From Conidiobolus incongruus B7586 (Eukaryota), in contig JNEM01012239.1 in assembly GCA_000697335.1 (NCBI GenBank), positions 1 to 46,727 of the forward strand: a stretch of 46,727 nt of DNA. Reading direction: 5' to 3'. Of the stretch, positions 12,696 to 24,685 are shown in pieces (position 1 is the first letter of the stretch; each line of letters begins with the position of its first letter). A program made the position numbers and the translations under genes. The notes under the pieces are model-generated. The model ran no database searches. It was not told the origin of the DNA and saw only the letters and a program-made list of their open reading frames with translations.

Positions 12696-12768
12696 GACTC
12701 AGGTATTACGGTTAATCCTCATGAAGAGGCTCGGTACAGGTCTGTGTAATAATTTAATCATCAACGTC
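12696..12768 (-). ncRNA. Box C/D snoRNA, U25 (SNORD25)/snR56 family, 18S rRNA 2'-O-methylation guide
   Basis: Minus strand: box C TGATGA (12763-12758), guide CACAGACCTGT (12746-12736) complementary to the conserved 18S motif ACAGGUCUGUG, box D' CCGA (12734-12731), C' ATGAGGA (12722-12716) and box D CTGA (12702-12699). The terminal stem GAC/GTC is extended by AAGATT/AATCTT. Confidence 0.88.
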
Positions 12769-12775
12769 AAAATCT

Positions 12776-12848
12776 TCCGATCGATGAGGATCGAACTATA
12801 GATCTTTCGAATGCAATGAAAATAAACTTTCCACTACACCAAATCTCT
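12776..12848 (-). pseudogene. Degenerate tRNA-like element (possibly tRNA-Cys(GCA)-derived) retaining Pol III A and B boxes; probable leader/promoter of the snoRNA
   Basis: A box TGGTGTAGTGG (12841-12831) and B box AGTTCGATCC (12797-12788) at tRNA-like spacing. A residual anticodon arm TTTCA-TTGCATT-CGAAA remains, while the acceptor, D and T stems pair poorly. Confidence 0.65.
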
Positions 12849-13072
12849 ATAATTTTCGATTAATAAAAATTTCCTTCATATTAGAAAAAGAAAGCACCCA
12901 TAATTATAATTATCAAATTCAAATTAATAAATTTTTTGTTTATCAATTTATTTAATTTTGTGAATGAAATCATTAATCAAATAAAGCAATCAATTAAAAA
13001 TATATAACATTTCATTGACTATTCGATTATTCACATAAGATTCAACATATAAAAATCTAAATAATTTTTGAA

Positions 13073-15082
13073 ATGCCACCCAAATCTAAAAAGAATAACG
13101 ATTTGTTAGCTGGAAGTGCCGAAACTCTTCAAGCCGTTTTAATAGCTGACAGTTTCGATGAAAAATTCCAGCCTTTAACTCAGGATACCCCAAGATGTCT
13201 CCTTCCTCTGTGTAATATCCCTTTGATCGAATACCCTTTAGAGACTTTGGCTCGTTCTGGAGTTACTGAAGTATTTGTGATTTGCTGTGCCGGATCCCAA
13301 AAAATCAAGAACTATTTAGCTAATTCGAGATGGAGTCAGCCTGATTCCATGATTAAAGTCACTCCTATTATCGCTAATCAGTTGACTTCAGTTGGTGACG
13401 CTTTGAGAGAATTGGATAGTCGCTCCGTGATCGATTCTGATTTTATTTTGATTCATGGTGACGTTGTTTCCAATGTAGATTTGAAGCCAATTGTCCAAGA
13501 GCATATCAAGCGCAAGGAAACTGATAAGCATGCTATGATGACTATGCTCGTCAGAGAAGCTAGTGAAGATCATCCTTCCCGTACCGCTGATCACCAGCCC
13601 ATATTTGCGTTGGACCCCAAGACCAATCAATGCTTCCACTACGAAAAGAATCTCAAGTACCCCCAACATATTCCCATCCATGTTGCTGAAGAGAGCTTGG
13701 GTGCTAAAGAGCAATCTGATTTGGTGATTAGATACGACTTGACCGATTGTTTCATCGACATTTGTTCCATCGAAGTGCCAGCTCTCTTGACTGAAAACTT
13801 CGATTATCACCAATTGAGAACCGATTTTGTCCAAGGTATCTTAACCTCCGACTTGCTTGGCAATTCTTTCTATTGTCACATTCTCGACAAAGAGTACGCT
13901 GCTAAGGTCAATGGTCCTCAAATGTATGAAGCTGTATCTCAAAACATTATTTCCAGATGGACTTTCCCTCTCGTCCCTGATGCCAATTTTACCTGCGAAA
14001 CCAACTATGTCTACCATCGCAAGCAAATTTACATCGATGAAAATGTCCAAATCGATCCTTCATCGGTATTAAGCCAAGGTGTAATCGTTGGTAAGAATAC
14101 CATCATAGAAGCCAATTGTAACATCAGAAACACTGTAATTGGAGACAATTGCCATATCAAGGCTGGGTCAGTTCTGAATGGTGCTTATTTATTTTCCAAT
14201 GTCGTTTTGGAAGAAGGTGCTACCATTAATAGATCCATCATTGGCAACAATGCTAAAATACTCTCCCACACCAGCGTCCAATTGGGATGTATTCTCGGTG
14301 AGAACGTCATTGTAGGTCCTGATGTTTCTATCTCCAGCCATCTCAAATTGGAAAAAGCTGAAGATGAAGTTGCCGCTGAATTAGGTGCTTCTACTAATGC
14401 CTCTATCTGGCAAGATGAAATCTTTGAAGATGAAGATGAAGATCCCAAAGCCATTGCTCTCTTTTTGCTCAGTCAATTGGCCAGAGATACAAACGAACTC
14501 TACGAAAGCTTACAACTCTCCACACCCAACGATTCCGATGACGAGAATGAGGGTGATGACGAAGATGTCGACAGTTTCGAAACCGAAGCGGCCGCCACCC
14601 TCCAAAGAAACTTGGAAGAGAATCATGAAGCGGATCTTTCCATCATTGAATTGAACTCCCTCAGAATGTCTTTCAACGCTTCATTCGACCAAGTCCGAGA
14701 ATGTATCATCCACTTTGTTCTCAAACAACTGTCCCCCGAGACTACATCCGCCCAAGTCCAACAGATCTTCACCAGGTGGTCCCCTGTCATTCGCAAGTTC
14801 ATTTTCGACGCCTCCGACCAATTGTATGTACTCGAAGTCGTCGAAGAGTACCTGTCCAACCACTCTGACCTCCACAAGCTCTTCCTCAGCATTTTGAAGA
14901 ACTGCTATGACTTGGATATCTTCGAAGAAGAAGTGATTACTGAATGGTATGATGACGAACCTCCCGAGTCCGACTCTGACAAGTATATCAAACTCAGAAA
15001 AGTTGCTCAGCCTTTCGTCACTTGGCTTCAGGAGGCTGAAGAAGACTCTGATGAGGATGAGGAAGACAGTGATGATGAATAA
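13073..15082 (+). CDS. GCD6: Translation initiation factor eIF2B epsilon subunit, intronless
   Basis: 669 aa with an N-terminal nucleotidyltransferase-like domain (LQAVLIADSF...PRCLLPLCN), the NFD motif (ENFDY), left-handed beta-helix hexapeptide repeats and a C-terminal W2 domain (PFVTWLQEAEE plus acidic tail). Confidence 0.96.
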   Translation: MPPKSKKNNDLLAGSAETLQAVLIADSFDEKFQPLTQDTPRCLLPLCNIPLIEYPLETLARSGVTEVFVICCAGSQKIKNYLANSRWSQPDSMIKVTPIIANQLTSVGDALRELDSRSVIDSDFILIHGDVVSNVDLKPIVQEHIKRKETDKHAMMTMLVREASEDHPSRTADHQPIFALDPKTNQCFHYEKNLKYPQHIPIHVAEESLGAKEQSDLVIRYDLTDCFIDICSIEVPALLTENFDYHQLRTDFVQGILTSDLLGNSFYCHILDKEYAAKVNGPQMYEAVSQNIISRWTFPLVPDANFTCETNYVYHRKQIYIDENVQIDPSSVLSQGVIVGKNTIIEANCNIRNTVIGDNCHIKAGSVLNGAYLFSNVVLEEGATINRSIIGNNAKILSHTSVQLGCILGENVIVGPDVSISSHLKLEKAEDEVAAELGASTNASIWQDEIFEDEDEDPKAIALFLLSQLARDTNELYESLQLSTPNDSDDENEGDDEDVDSFETEAAATLQRNLEENHEADLSIIELNSLRMSFNASFDQVRECIIHFVLKQLSPETTSAQVQQIFTRWSPVIRKFIFDASDQLYVLEVVEEYLSNHSDLHKLFLSILKNCYDLDIFEEEVITEWYDDEPPESDSDKYIKLRKVAQPFVTWLQEAEEDSDEDEEDSDDE

Positions 15083-16493
15083 GTTACAAAATATCTAATA
15101 AATTATTCGAAACATTTGGCTTTCTAATTAATATTACTCTAAATATTGAGTAATGACCATTTTTTAAATCTTTATTGTTTGACAATAAGTGAATATACGA
15201 CTTCGAATTTTTTGTAGAATAATTCTCAAGTGATACAAATATCAAATTTAATATTAAACGTGTTTAATAATATACTTCCATCAAACAATAATCGATTTAA
15301 ATAGACTTTAAATTTCAATTTCATGGAAATTACATTGTCATGATTTGATATAGTATATTGGTTAAGATATTTATTCAATACTTTAATAACTAATTTTTTT
15401 TACAAATTTGCATAATAAATACTCGGTTAAAAATGTTAATTTTGATATATTGATTTTTTCATAAATATTTAATAATAACAATAATAAATAGAAAGTTGCT
15501 ATAAATTGTATATCCCAAATTGGGCATGAATATAATACATTTAATAAATTTTTAAATCATGTCAAGCCAAGATTCTAATAATATTTAAATTATACACTAT
15601 AACATTTATTTATTTTATTAATAGCAATGCTGAAATTATTATCGAATAATATAATAATATAAAACAAAAGAGATGTACAAAGCTAATTCAATTATAGTAA
15701 TGTTTGTAACTGATATTTCTTAACGAATATAATTACAATATAAATTAATATATAAGCTACATAGTTTTATCACATTATGTATAGTAGATTAATATCATTC
15801 AAATATTTAAATAATATAACAATTCAGGCGAATAAAAATTTTAGCATATAATTTTGTATTATCGATTTATTAAACACTAAAATAGAAATAAAAGCTATAT
15901 GAATATATGTTAAATTTATAAACTCAAAACTTGTTCAATATAAGAATTCGAAAAATTTCTTAATAGTAAGTTATATTTTGATATTAAAATATTGATAAAT
16001 AAACTATATTCATATGTTAAATCAATTGGCGTTTTTATATAGCTGATTAAAAAACCTATTTTAAGCTATTTTTTTAAATGTTTTATACCACAATTAATGT
16101 ATTTTTGATATTGGTAATTTTTTTCAAAAAATAGTTAAATATTTTGTAATTAGTTATTGGTATAAAATTGAACAAAAAATTTTCTTAGATTCAACTTGTA
16201 ATTTAAATTGAATTAATGATCAAAAATGAAAAATGGAAATTGTATAATTTCAAGAAACAAAACAGTTGAAAAATACAATAAATATATTTGCCAAATGAAT
16301 TAATTTATTAATATAATCGTAGTATATTGATTTTCTATCATTTTCTAACAAAAATATCGACTGTAAAATTATCAATACTTAATTTCCAAAGCAACAAATT
16401 GAATTGATATAATTATTTTATTTAACTAATTAACAAATAAAAAATTTGAATATTCATAATATACTTTCAATAAATGCACATTAACCAATCCCA

Positions 16494-16966
16494 CTACCAG
16501 ACTCTGCACTCTTGAGCCATCTTGTAAAATACATCTAACATCTTAGTTCCCTGATCAAAATTCAAGTGCTGATTCTTCAATCCGAGTCCCAACACTAATC
16601 TCCTTCCCTCCTTAGGGTTTTGTTTCTTAATATAATCCATCAATTGACTGCTGTATAATTCCACAATATGCGAACGATCATCAGCACTGTAACCCAAAAG
16701 GAAATTGGTTGTAGATGCAATCACTTCGTCATTTATAGGGATTTGGGGATGTTGATAGTCCAGTGTAGTCTCTACCTAGGATACTGTTAATCATCATGAA
16801 TGGTAAGGATATTTAATAAACTTACCAATTGACCGACTTTACCCAACTGACTAATAAGCATCACAATAGAATTACTAAAACCCATGCATACCATTTCTAA
16901 TTTTTCGCTTTCAAATTCGTATTCAAATTTTTTAACTTGGATTGGGAAGTTGCTTGATGTGCTCAT
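16494..16966 (-). CDS. PSMG3: Proteasome assembly chaperone 3 (PAC3), 2 exons: 16966-16826, 16775-16494
   Basis: The spliced product has FPIQVK...FSNSIVMLISQLGKVGQL...TTNFLLG...RRLVLGLGLK and ends CRVW, typical of PAC3; 50-nt GTAAG...TAG intron. Confidence 0.85.
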
Positions 16967-17570
16967 TTTTTATTAGTTATATTTTTGTTAAATGATTTTT
17001 AGGGTTTCGTCACTGAGACTTTGAGGGGAATATTTAAAGATCATTATTGGGTATTTAATATTGTGGGTTAAAAATGATGATGATATCATACGAATTTAAC
17101 TAGAGATTGAATTTTCAAAATCCAAAAATTAAATCAAGATAAAAAAAATTAAAAACTTTATTATATATATTAAATTATATAATTATATAATTATTACCTC
17201 AGCATATTTTTAAAAGTTATCAAAATTGATTAGAATGTATGAACATTGCAATAAATAATATTAAAAATGAATCATATATACAGAGTGATTCAAAAAAAAT
17301 TAAAATACTTCATAATCAACTTAGAAAAGTTAATAATATATTCAATATATTGAATATATTTGTATATCTAATAATCAATAATCCTTGTATCAAATGATTG
17401 AAAATTCTCACATTTAAGAAAAATATGGTCCCATGAATTAAAATAAATTAATTCGGTTACATTTAATGAGTTTAACTTAATTCACATCATTAAAATTCAA
17501 ATCAAAAAATCTTCTAATAATTATTAAATCATAATAAAATAATTGAAAAAATAAAAAAAATTCAAACTAA

Positions 17571-18829
17571 ATGGTAATTATAATATACTACTATTAAAAT
17601 ATATTAGATAATTTATATTAATTTAAATTTAGACTGAAACTAAAATTTCTTGTAAAGATATATTTGAAAGAGGTATTAAATAAATCTTAAAACTATTTTT
17701 TCAATTTAATAATGTCTAGTATAGCTCATTCCGACGCTATTTGGTCCATAACGGTAAGAGGCTCAGAATTGATTACTGGCTCCGTCGACCAAAAGGTGAG
17801 AAGTTGGTAAGTTTTTCATAATATGTATGCCAATTGAACACTTATCGAAACTAAAAAAGGGATTTGGAAACCAACACTCCTTACGAATTTCCCGAAATTC
17901 ACCAATTGGGAATTGTTTCTTTGGACGTTTGTGGAGAAAGTAATATTCTATGTTTTATTATTAATTGAATTTAAAACTAATTGGAAAATAGTTGCCTGTT
18001 CTATTTCGTTAGATGGATTATTGGTGGTTTATAACTGGACTACCAAAGAGATATTGTGTTCTAAATCTATTGATTCAGGTAATTCTATAAATTCTTTATA
18101 GATTGAATATATTTGGATATTTATGAATAGGTTGGAGATGTAAAATCAATCCCAAAACTCAAGTGATCGCTGTAGGATGTCAAAATGGACAAGTATTAAT
18201 GCTAAATTCTCAAAATTTGGATCAATTGTTCAATGTTAGTACTTTTGGAGGATGTATTATGTCTTTAAATTTTGTAAATCTATATATTATTTATAAGTTT
18301 TTTAAGCTATTAACTGGATTCTTAGAGTAAATCGGGTGTTTATTTTGCTGTTGGTACTTATTCCGGTGAAGTTTACGTTTTTGAGTCGGAATCCGGTCGT
18401 TTATTTAGGAAATTTCAATGTAATTTATTTTAAAAAGTGTTCATTAATAAATAATTAATCTATAATTTATTAGCACATTCTATGCCCGTAAGGACCGTTA
18501 CGTTCACCGAAGATGACGTTATGTTATTCTCTGGCTCTGACGATTCCAGAATCAATTTATTCAACGTCAGTCATGGTCACTTGACAGCTACCTTTACAGG
18601 TCACACCTCATGGGTCACTTCCGCAGTACCACATCCCGAGCAACCTCTCTTAGCCTCCTCATCTGTTGATGGCACCGTTCGAGTATGGGATTTAACTACC
18701 AAAAAGTGTCAAGATATCTTTGATCATCAAAATGACCCAGTCTGGGATTTAAGTTGGTGTCCCACCTTAAATTATCTCTGCTCTGCAACTGAAGCAGGTA
18801 ATATAAGAATTTTCCAGTTATTAAATTGA
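17571..18829 (+). CDS. SKI8: WD40 protein Ski8/WDR61, 8 exons: 17571-17573, 17633-17672, 17725-17806, 17860-17939, 17992-18078, 18131-18273, 18326-18419, 18474-18829
   Basis: Spliced motifs AHSDAIWS...ITGSVDQKVRSW, HQLGIVSLD, HSMPVRTVTF and GHTSWV match WDR61/Ski8 repeats. All introns are GT-AG and preserve frame; the ATG-only first exon is less certain. Confidence 0.85.
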
Positions 18830-19950
18830 AAAAAATACTGCTAAATTTATTTATTATATAAGTTTTGTTCGATTTATAACCCTATGTTCTTAGGATAATA
18901 ATTTTAATATCAATCTATGTTTTATATATTAATTTTTAATAGTTGTATTTATTGAATCCATCACTTTTCAATCTAATCAGATATATTTTAGTATTTCATT
19001 TATTCAACATTCTTATATATATTCCAATTTCTCAGTCATAAACCATAAATTACAATACATATTCGCAAACATTTCAATTTCAATAAAAATTATTGGATAA
19101 TTTGATTGATAATATAATTTTATCTGAGTGTAATCAAGTTACAAAGGATTTGATATTTTAAAAGGATCATTTAATTACAATTTCAAATATCTAAGCAAAT
19201 CAATTAATCAGCAACAATTCCGAACGTATTTTATGATATTTAATAATTAAATCATATCGAGTGAAAACATAAGTTAATTTTAATTCGATTCTTATATAAT
19301 TTTTGTCAAATCTAAATGAATTTTGATTTTAATTTGATGACAATTATATAAATTGAATTAAAATTAATTAAATAATCATTATATAAATGATTCATATCCT
19401 CACTGTTTTAATTATTTAAATTTTATGAGTATTTGTATGAAATTTACCTTGAATTTCTTCATATGGATTCAATTAAATTCATCATCTAAATTTAATAATA
19501 ATTTTATATGAATTTATGAATATGGGTTTAGACATCGTTATTGTTAATATTAATATTTATAGAATTGCCAAGTAAATTATTCAATTCCTTGGCAATTTAT
19601 TATGTAGTTGCGAATATCAAATATGTTAATTGTAATTCAAATTTCAGATCTATAACTGTTGGGTTAAATATTGAATTGATCATTTTGTAACTGGAAATAA
19701 AATAAAAATAACCCAGTATTAATCAAACCCAGAATAATTAAATATCATTGGTATATATCAATATTGATTGTTATTAAATATAAGAAAAAGAATATGGTTG
19801 ATTTCATTTTGGCTAATTTTAAATAATCATATTGGAATAAAATAAATAAATATTGACGTATTAACGACTGATATCAAAAAAGGTGGCTATTTGTTTGTTG
19901 AATCAAAGTAAATATTTTCAATCGTAATTTTAATAAAATTATGAAAAAAA

Positions 19951-20995
19951 TTAAACAGCCCTTCTGAAAGTACGACCAGTAGCTGTCTTCTTTTCTTGAT
20001 TAGCCTTCTCAGGTTTAGCACGTGTAAGTACCTTCAAAAATTCAGCAACTCTAGCTCTCATACGTGAATGCATATAGGCTTTAGAGCATTTGATATGGTA
20101 GTGAAGGTAATCTCTGAATAATTGAATTAAATTAATGGTTTTTTCTTCATTTTCTTCAGATTGATAGTGTCTAGGTTCGAGAACGAAGGTAACGTAACCA
20201 ATATCCTTTCCTTCAATTAATCCCTTGGCACCTTTAAGTTCACCAGGGGGATCACGATTGGAGTAGATCACTTGAGGAGCATTCTGAATAGCAGGTTGAC
20301 GACGAGCATCGACGAATTCCTAAAGAATATAAATTGAAAAATATTCAATTTTTTAAAAATACTAATATTCAACTTACTTGTAAGAAAACTTTACCAAAAA
20401 TTCTGTCCATCTCTTCCTTGAAGGTAACGGTAAAAATGACGGTAACACGATCGGCTTGAGCGTGAACGTAAATGGCTTCACCTTCACGATAGTTAACGAC
20501 CATCGGGGGCGTGTTAATTTGACCAGATTTCTGATTTTTAAAAGCCAAAACGAAAGGAGCAGATAAAGCATGACGTTTTAATTGACCCAATTCGACGAGT
20601 AAAGTATCCAAATCCTCAGGAAGACTATTCAAATCGAATTTTAAGGTTAAATCAAATTGGGGTTCGGGAGTATTCAACCAAAAATTCGAGTATTTAGTTT
20701 TCAAAATAGTTTCTACGTCATATTCTTTAAGTTGATTGTAACAAGCCCATCTCATTGATAATAAAACTTCATCAACGGTTTCAGGTGTACTAATTTGATA
20801 GGATACTCCATCAAAATCGACTAGATTATGAAATAACTTTTCACGTTTTTCGCTATATTGAATAAATTCAAGTTAGATTAAGAATACATAACTTAATTAC
20901 TAAAGTTTTAATATACAAGAAATATCAACTTACGCCTTAAAAATATTTTTTAAAGTATCTTGTAATAATTGATTGTTTGATTCTAATAAGATCAT
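19951..20995 (-). CDS. ARPC2: Arp2/3 complex 34-kDa subunit (ARPC2/Arc35), 3 exons: 20995-20934, 20852-20378, 20319-19951
   Basis: Motifs [34 protein letters not shown] and [21 protein letters not shown]. Confidence 0.96.
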
Positions 20996-22428
20996 ATTGA
21001 ATTAAATATTCTTTTGGATTAAATTAAACATTTATAGGTTACAATTTGAGTATGATGTAAATATTCCATTAAATCAATTGAAAATTATGGTTTGAATTAT
21101 TAATGTGACTTTAAATAAATTGATTTTAAAATTGGTTCTGATTAAATTGCGGATATTATTTTCCTTATGTAGTAAGTATTATAGATTTTTTACAAAAAAT
21201 ATAAATCAAACTATGCTATAGAAAGTATTTGAACAATAATAAATATAAAATATAATTGAGGAGCTTATATTCGTTTATCTCAATTTGAGTATTTTTGAAT
21301 AGAAAAATTAGTTAAAAATTCAATTTGGATTGATTGACTATTTTTTGATAAAATAATTTGACAATTCGCATTTTATTCTTATTAGTATATCAGTGTTTAT
21401 TAAGCTGTTTTATCTTTTTCTATAATGTAGATGGATGCTGTGAACGATTTTATATCTAATATTTACTAGAGCTAAATTTAGTTGCCATTGTATTAAATAT
21501 TTACAGCTGATAGTGATGTGTGAATCGGATTTTTTATATTCAATCAAATATATAGATATAATAAAAGATATGATTAAAATTATTATAATTCAATTTATTT
21601 AATATAGTTGTTTTAGTTTAATTTTTTAAATTAAGGTTAATATTTCAAACTTTAGTCTAAATCAAGTAGTCAATATATATATTCTTATCCTTCTTATATG
21701 TTTAATATTTAATATTTAATATAATTAAATTTATTCATTAAAAATATGCTAAGATATAATATTCACCAGATATCAGCATCAATTTTAGGTGTTACTTAAT
21801 GTGAATTATTATTATCAACTCTTGTATAAAATATAAATGTAAGATAAAAGTGATATACCATTAATTCCATTTCATTTTAAAATAGATACTAACAAAATAT
21901 TTATTTGGTTATTTCATTTATTGTATCAAAGCAATAATAATTAATAAATTTGAAATAAACATATAAAAATTTTATACTAAAATATGAAAAATAAATTTAG
22001 CGTTGATATAATATAATGATATTGTAATATAATTTAAAAAGAGAGAGCATCCAAATGATATAATCACATATACTCATTATTATAATTATCTACAATTATT
22101 GATCAAATACCAAATCAATAGTCTCCAAAAAGTTTAAAATTTTGATATATTAAGTTTGATTGTGGGTAAATTTTAACAATTTGATAAATTTAATTGAAAA
22201 ATATCAATATTCTCAATAATATATTAATCAATATTATTTTCAGACAATCAATTATGTTACAGTAATTATCATTAAGCATGAACTCCTGAATATATAATAT
22301 AATTTTAAAAATTGATCGCCACTCAGTATGATATTATTGAGCTTTAATTGTTATCTACAAAGCAAATAAATATAACTATGTTTATATCCATAATAATTTT
22401 ATTTGAATGTAAATAAATAATCGATGAA

Positions 22429-22974
22429 TTAATGACCACTAAAATCAATTTCTGGATGATTCCTTTTAAATTCAGCTAATCTCTCTTCTTCCTCCTCATC
22501 GAGCAATTCGGAAGCTGGAGGCAGCAAACTCGTCTGTCCCTTGTCAGCGAGCATTTTCTCCACCATAGTTCTCGCTTCTAGATCCAAATCACTGAGCTTA
22601 GAGTTGTCGGGCTGCATTTTGGTGGTATCAATCTTGGGATGATGAGTGAGCACACAATCCCACCACTTCTGCTGATGGACCTTCTCCAGTTGAATACTTA
22701 GCAAATCCCCATTTTCAATCGTCCAGGTACTCTCCTCGACTCTAACCATATCGTGCAATTCCCCTTCAAAAAGTGGTTCCTGCCCCTTGAATCCAACCCT
22801 CAAACTTTTGGGCTGGATTTTAATATCCAAGTTTTTGGAACGGGTGCCAGAAGGTACTTTCACTTGGATTTCTAAATCTTTTAAACTTTGCTTCCAGATA
22901 TAAGGTAAATCGGTATTTTCGTAATTGAAAGTATGTTCGTATATGGATTTGTTATCGGGTCTAACAGACGTCAT
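22429..22974 (-). CDS. nudC: Nuclear movement protein NudC (short CS/p23-domain form), intronless
   Basis: Y.W.QSL...VPSGT...GELH..V.VEESTW...WWD...IDTTK.QPDNSKLSDLD.E.R.MVEKM...HPEIDFS. Confidence 0.9.
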   Translation of the reverse strand: MTSVRPDNKSIYEHTFNYENTDLPYIWKQSLKDLEIQVKVPSGTRSKNLDIKIQPKSLRVGFKGQEPLFEGELHDMVRVEESTWTIENGDLLSIQLEKVHQQKWWDCVLTHHPKIDTTKMQPDNSKLSDLDLEARTMVEKMLADKGQTSLLPPASELLDEEEEERLAEFKRNHPEIDFSGH

Positions 22975-23125
22975 AGTAACTTATAATTCGATATAGAATA
23001 AAAGGTAGAAATTGGATTGACAAATCGTTAACAAAGTTATAGAAAGGACTAGAATTTGAATTAATTTATATGATTTCATATAAATATTATTATGGGATGG
23101 AATAATTGAAAGGTGTGAAAAATAT

Positions 23126-23197
23126 CTCCGATACAGGGAATCGAACCCTGGCCGTCTCGGTGAAAGCGAGAAATCCTAACCACTGGACCATATCGGA
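23126..23197 (-). tRNA. tRNA-Glu (anticodon TTC), intronless
   Basis: TCCGATATGGTCCAGTGGTTAGGATTTCTCGCTTTCACCGAGACGGCCAGGGTTCGATTCCCTGTATCGGAG folds into a full cloverleaf and is followed by a T5 Pol III terminator (23122-23118). Confidence 0.97.
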
Positions 23198-23592
23198 TTA
23201 AAAAAATTTAAAGATATAATTTCACAATGTTTTGTTTATAATAAGTTTTCAAAACTCTATTATATAAATTATTGGTTTCATAATCATTTAAATTTCAATT
23301 TTTCAAATTTTTATATTAATCTTATTATTTTAAATTATAATTTTATTACTTAATATTTAATTTTAAATTCTTTTTCCCTACATTTTTTTTCTTTTTTTAC
23401 AACTTCTAATTTACCAACCTTTTTGTTATTAAATTATTATTTACCAACAAATCCCATATTTTTAACATTTTATCACCAAAGGATTTAATTAAATTAATAA
23501 TCTGAATAATTCATCATCTAAAATTCAATTATATCCAATTGAACCAAAAATCCATCTCTTAATTATAATTTAAATAAAACAATCCTTCCGTA

Positions 23593-24685
23593 ATGAATAA
23601 TGATATCTATAATGACGGCTCTGACGACGAATTAATCGAAGTTAACGATTTTCGTTTGGAAGAAGCTGAAAAGAAGTTGATTGTTATGAAGGTCTTTCTC
23701 TTTTACTCTTATTATTATTTAGTGTATTAATATCTAATTATCTTAGGTTCCGGAATTTTTATACGATTATTGGTTTAAAAACCCTAGGAATAAGGATGAA
23801 ACTTTGGGTTATTTTAGATTTTATCAACCGTAATTGTCAATTTATCATATACATTTTATTGCTTATTAACCATTCCTTTAGCTCTGAAGACCAAACTGAA
23901 GATGGGGTAAATTGAACCATTTCAATTGTTTTGTTTTTAAGACTAATTTGTATTAGACTTATTTGGAGTTACCCTCTGGAAATCACAGACTTCCACCTCA
24001 TTACACCATTAATACTAACACTATCACTGTAAATCCCCCATACATTTTCAGAGAGGGTCGCGATCCCACTACTGCTACTTTGGTCGGAAAAGTGGCTCAC
24101 GAAAGTGTCGCTTCCGCTATGGATGGTCCCGAATACAGTCGAATCATTCGTGAACAAGGTGCAGCTGCCAGAAACCAAGGCTCTATTCAAGTACTTCAGC
24201 CCAGTGAATTGCCATTTGCTCAGCCACTCACTAGCAACGATAAATTCGAAGCATTCAGCAATATGTCCAAGGCATCCAAGACTGGTGTGGATGGCAAGGC
24301 TACCAGAATGAGTCAGAGCGAACTTCACCAAGTCATCTTCAAGCTCTTCCAAGAGTACGATTACTGGACCCTCAAAGGTCTCCTCGAATCCACACATCAA
24401 CCTGTTAGCTATCTCAAGGAAGTGCTTAGCCAGCTCTGTATCTTCCACAAGTCGGGCCAGTACATGCACAACTATGAGCTTAAACCCGAATATAAGAGTA
24501 TGGCGAGCAAGGAGGGCAATCTCCCCCACAAAACCCCCGGCGGCAGTGCACCCTCTCTCTCCGGCCAGAACGAAGGCTCGGACTACGGCGAAAGCGACAA
24601 TATTCTGGAGGATAACTTTGACGATTTGGAAGCTGACGACGACGACGAAGATATGGATGATGTAGTATTTGATCAAGTTAATTAA
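23593..24685 (+). CDS. TFG2: Transcription factor IIF beta subunit (Tfg2/RAP30), 4 exons: 23593-23691, 23747-23829, 23882-23906, 23957-24685
   Basis: N-terminal MK-VPEFL...W, GKVAHE and a C-terminal winged helix K.TRM...EL...IFKLF..Y.YWTLK.L...T.QP..YLKEVL...YELKPEYK. Confidence 0.92.

Noticed and set aside
12776..12848. Functional tRNA-Cys gene
   Set aside because: The acceptor, D and T stems do not pair; kept only as a degenerate tRNA-like leader.
13388..14897. Multiple short overlapping ORFs within eIF2B-epsilon
   Set aside because: Alternate-frame or antisense shadows of a well-conserved CDS.
7455..24685. Apparent cluster of transcription-machinery genes (SNAPC1, NC2-alpha, SKI8, TFG2)
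   Set aside because: Interspersed with unrelated housekeeping genes; no evidence of a functional cluster without synteny data.
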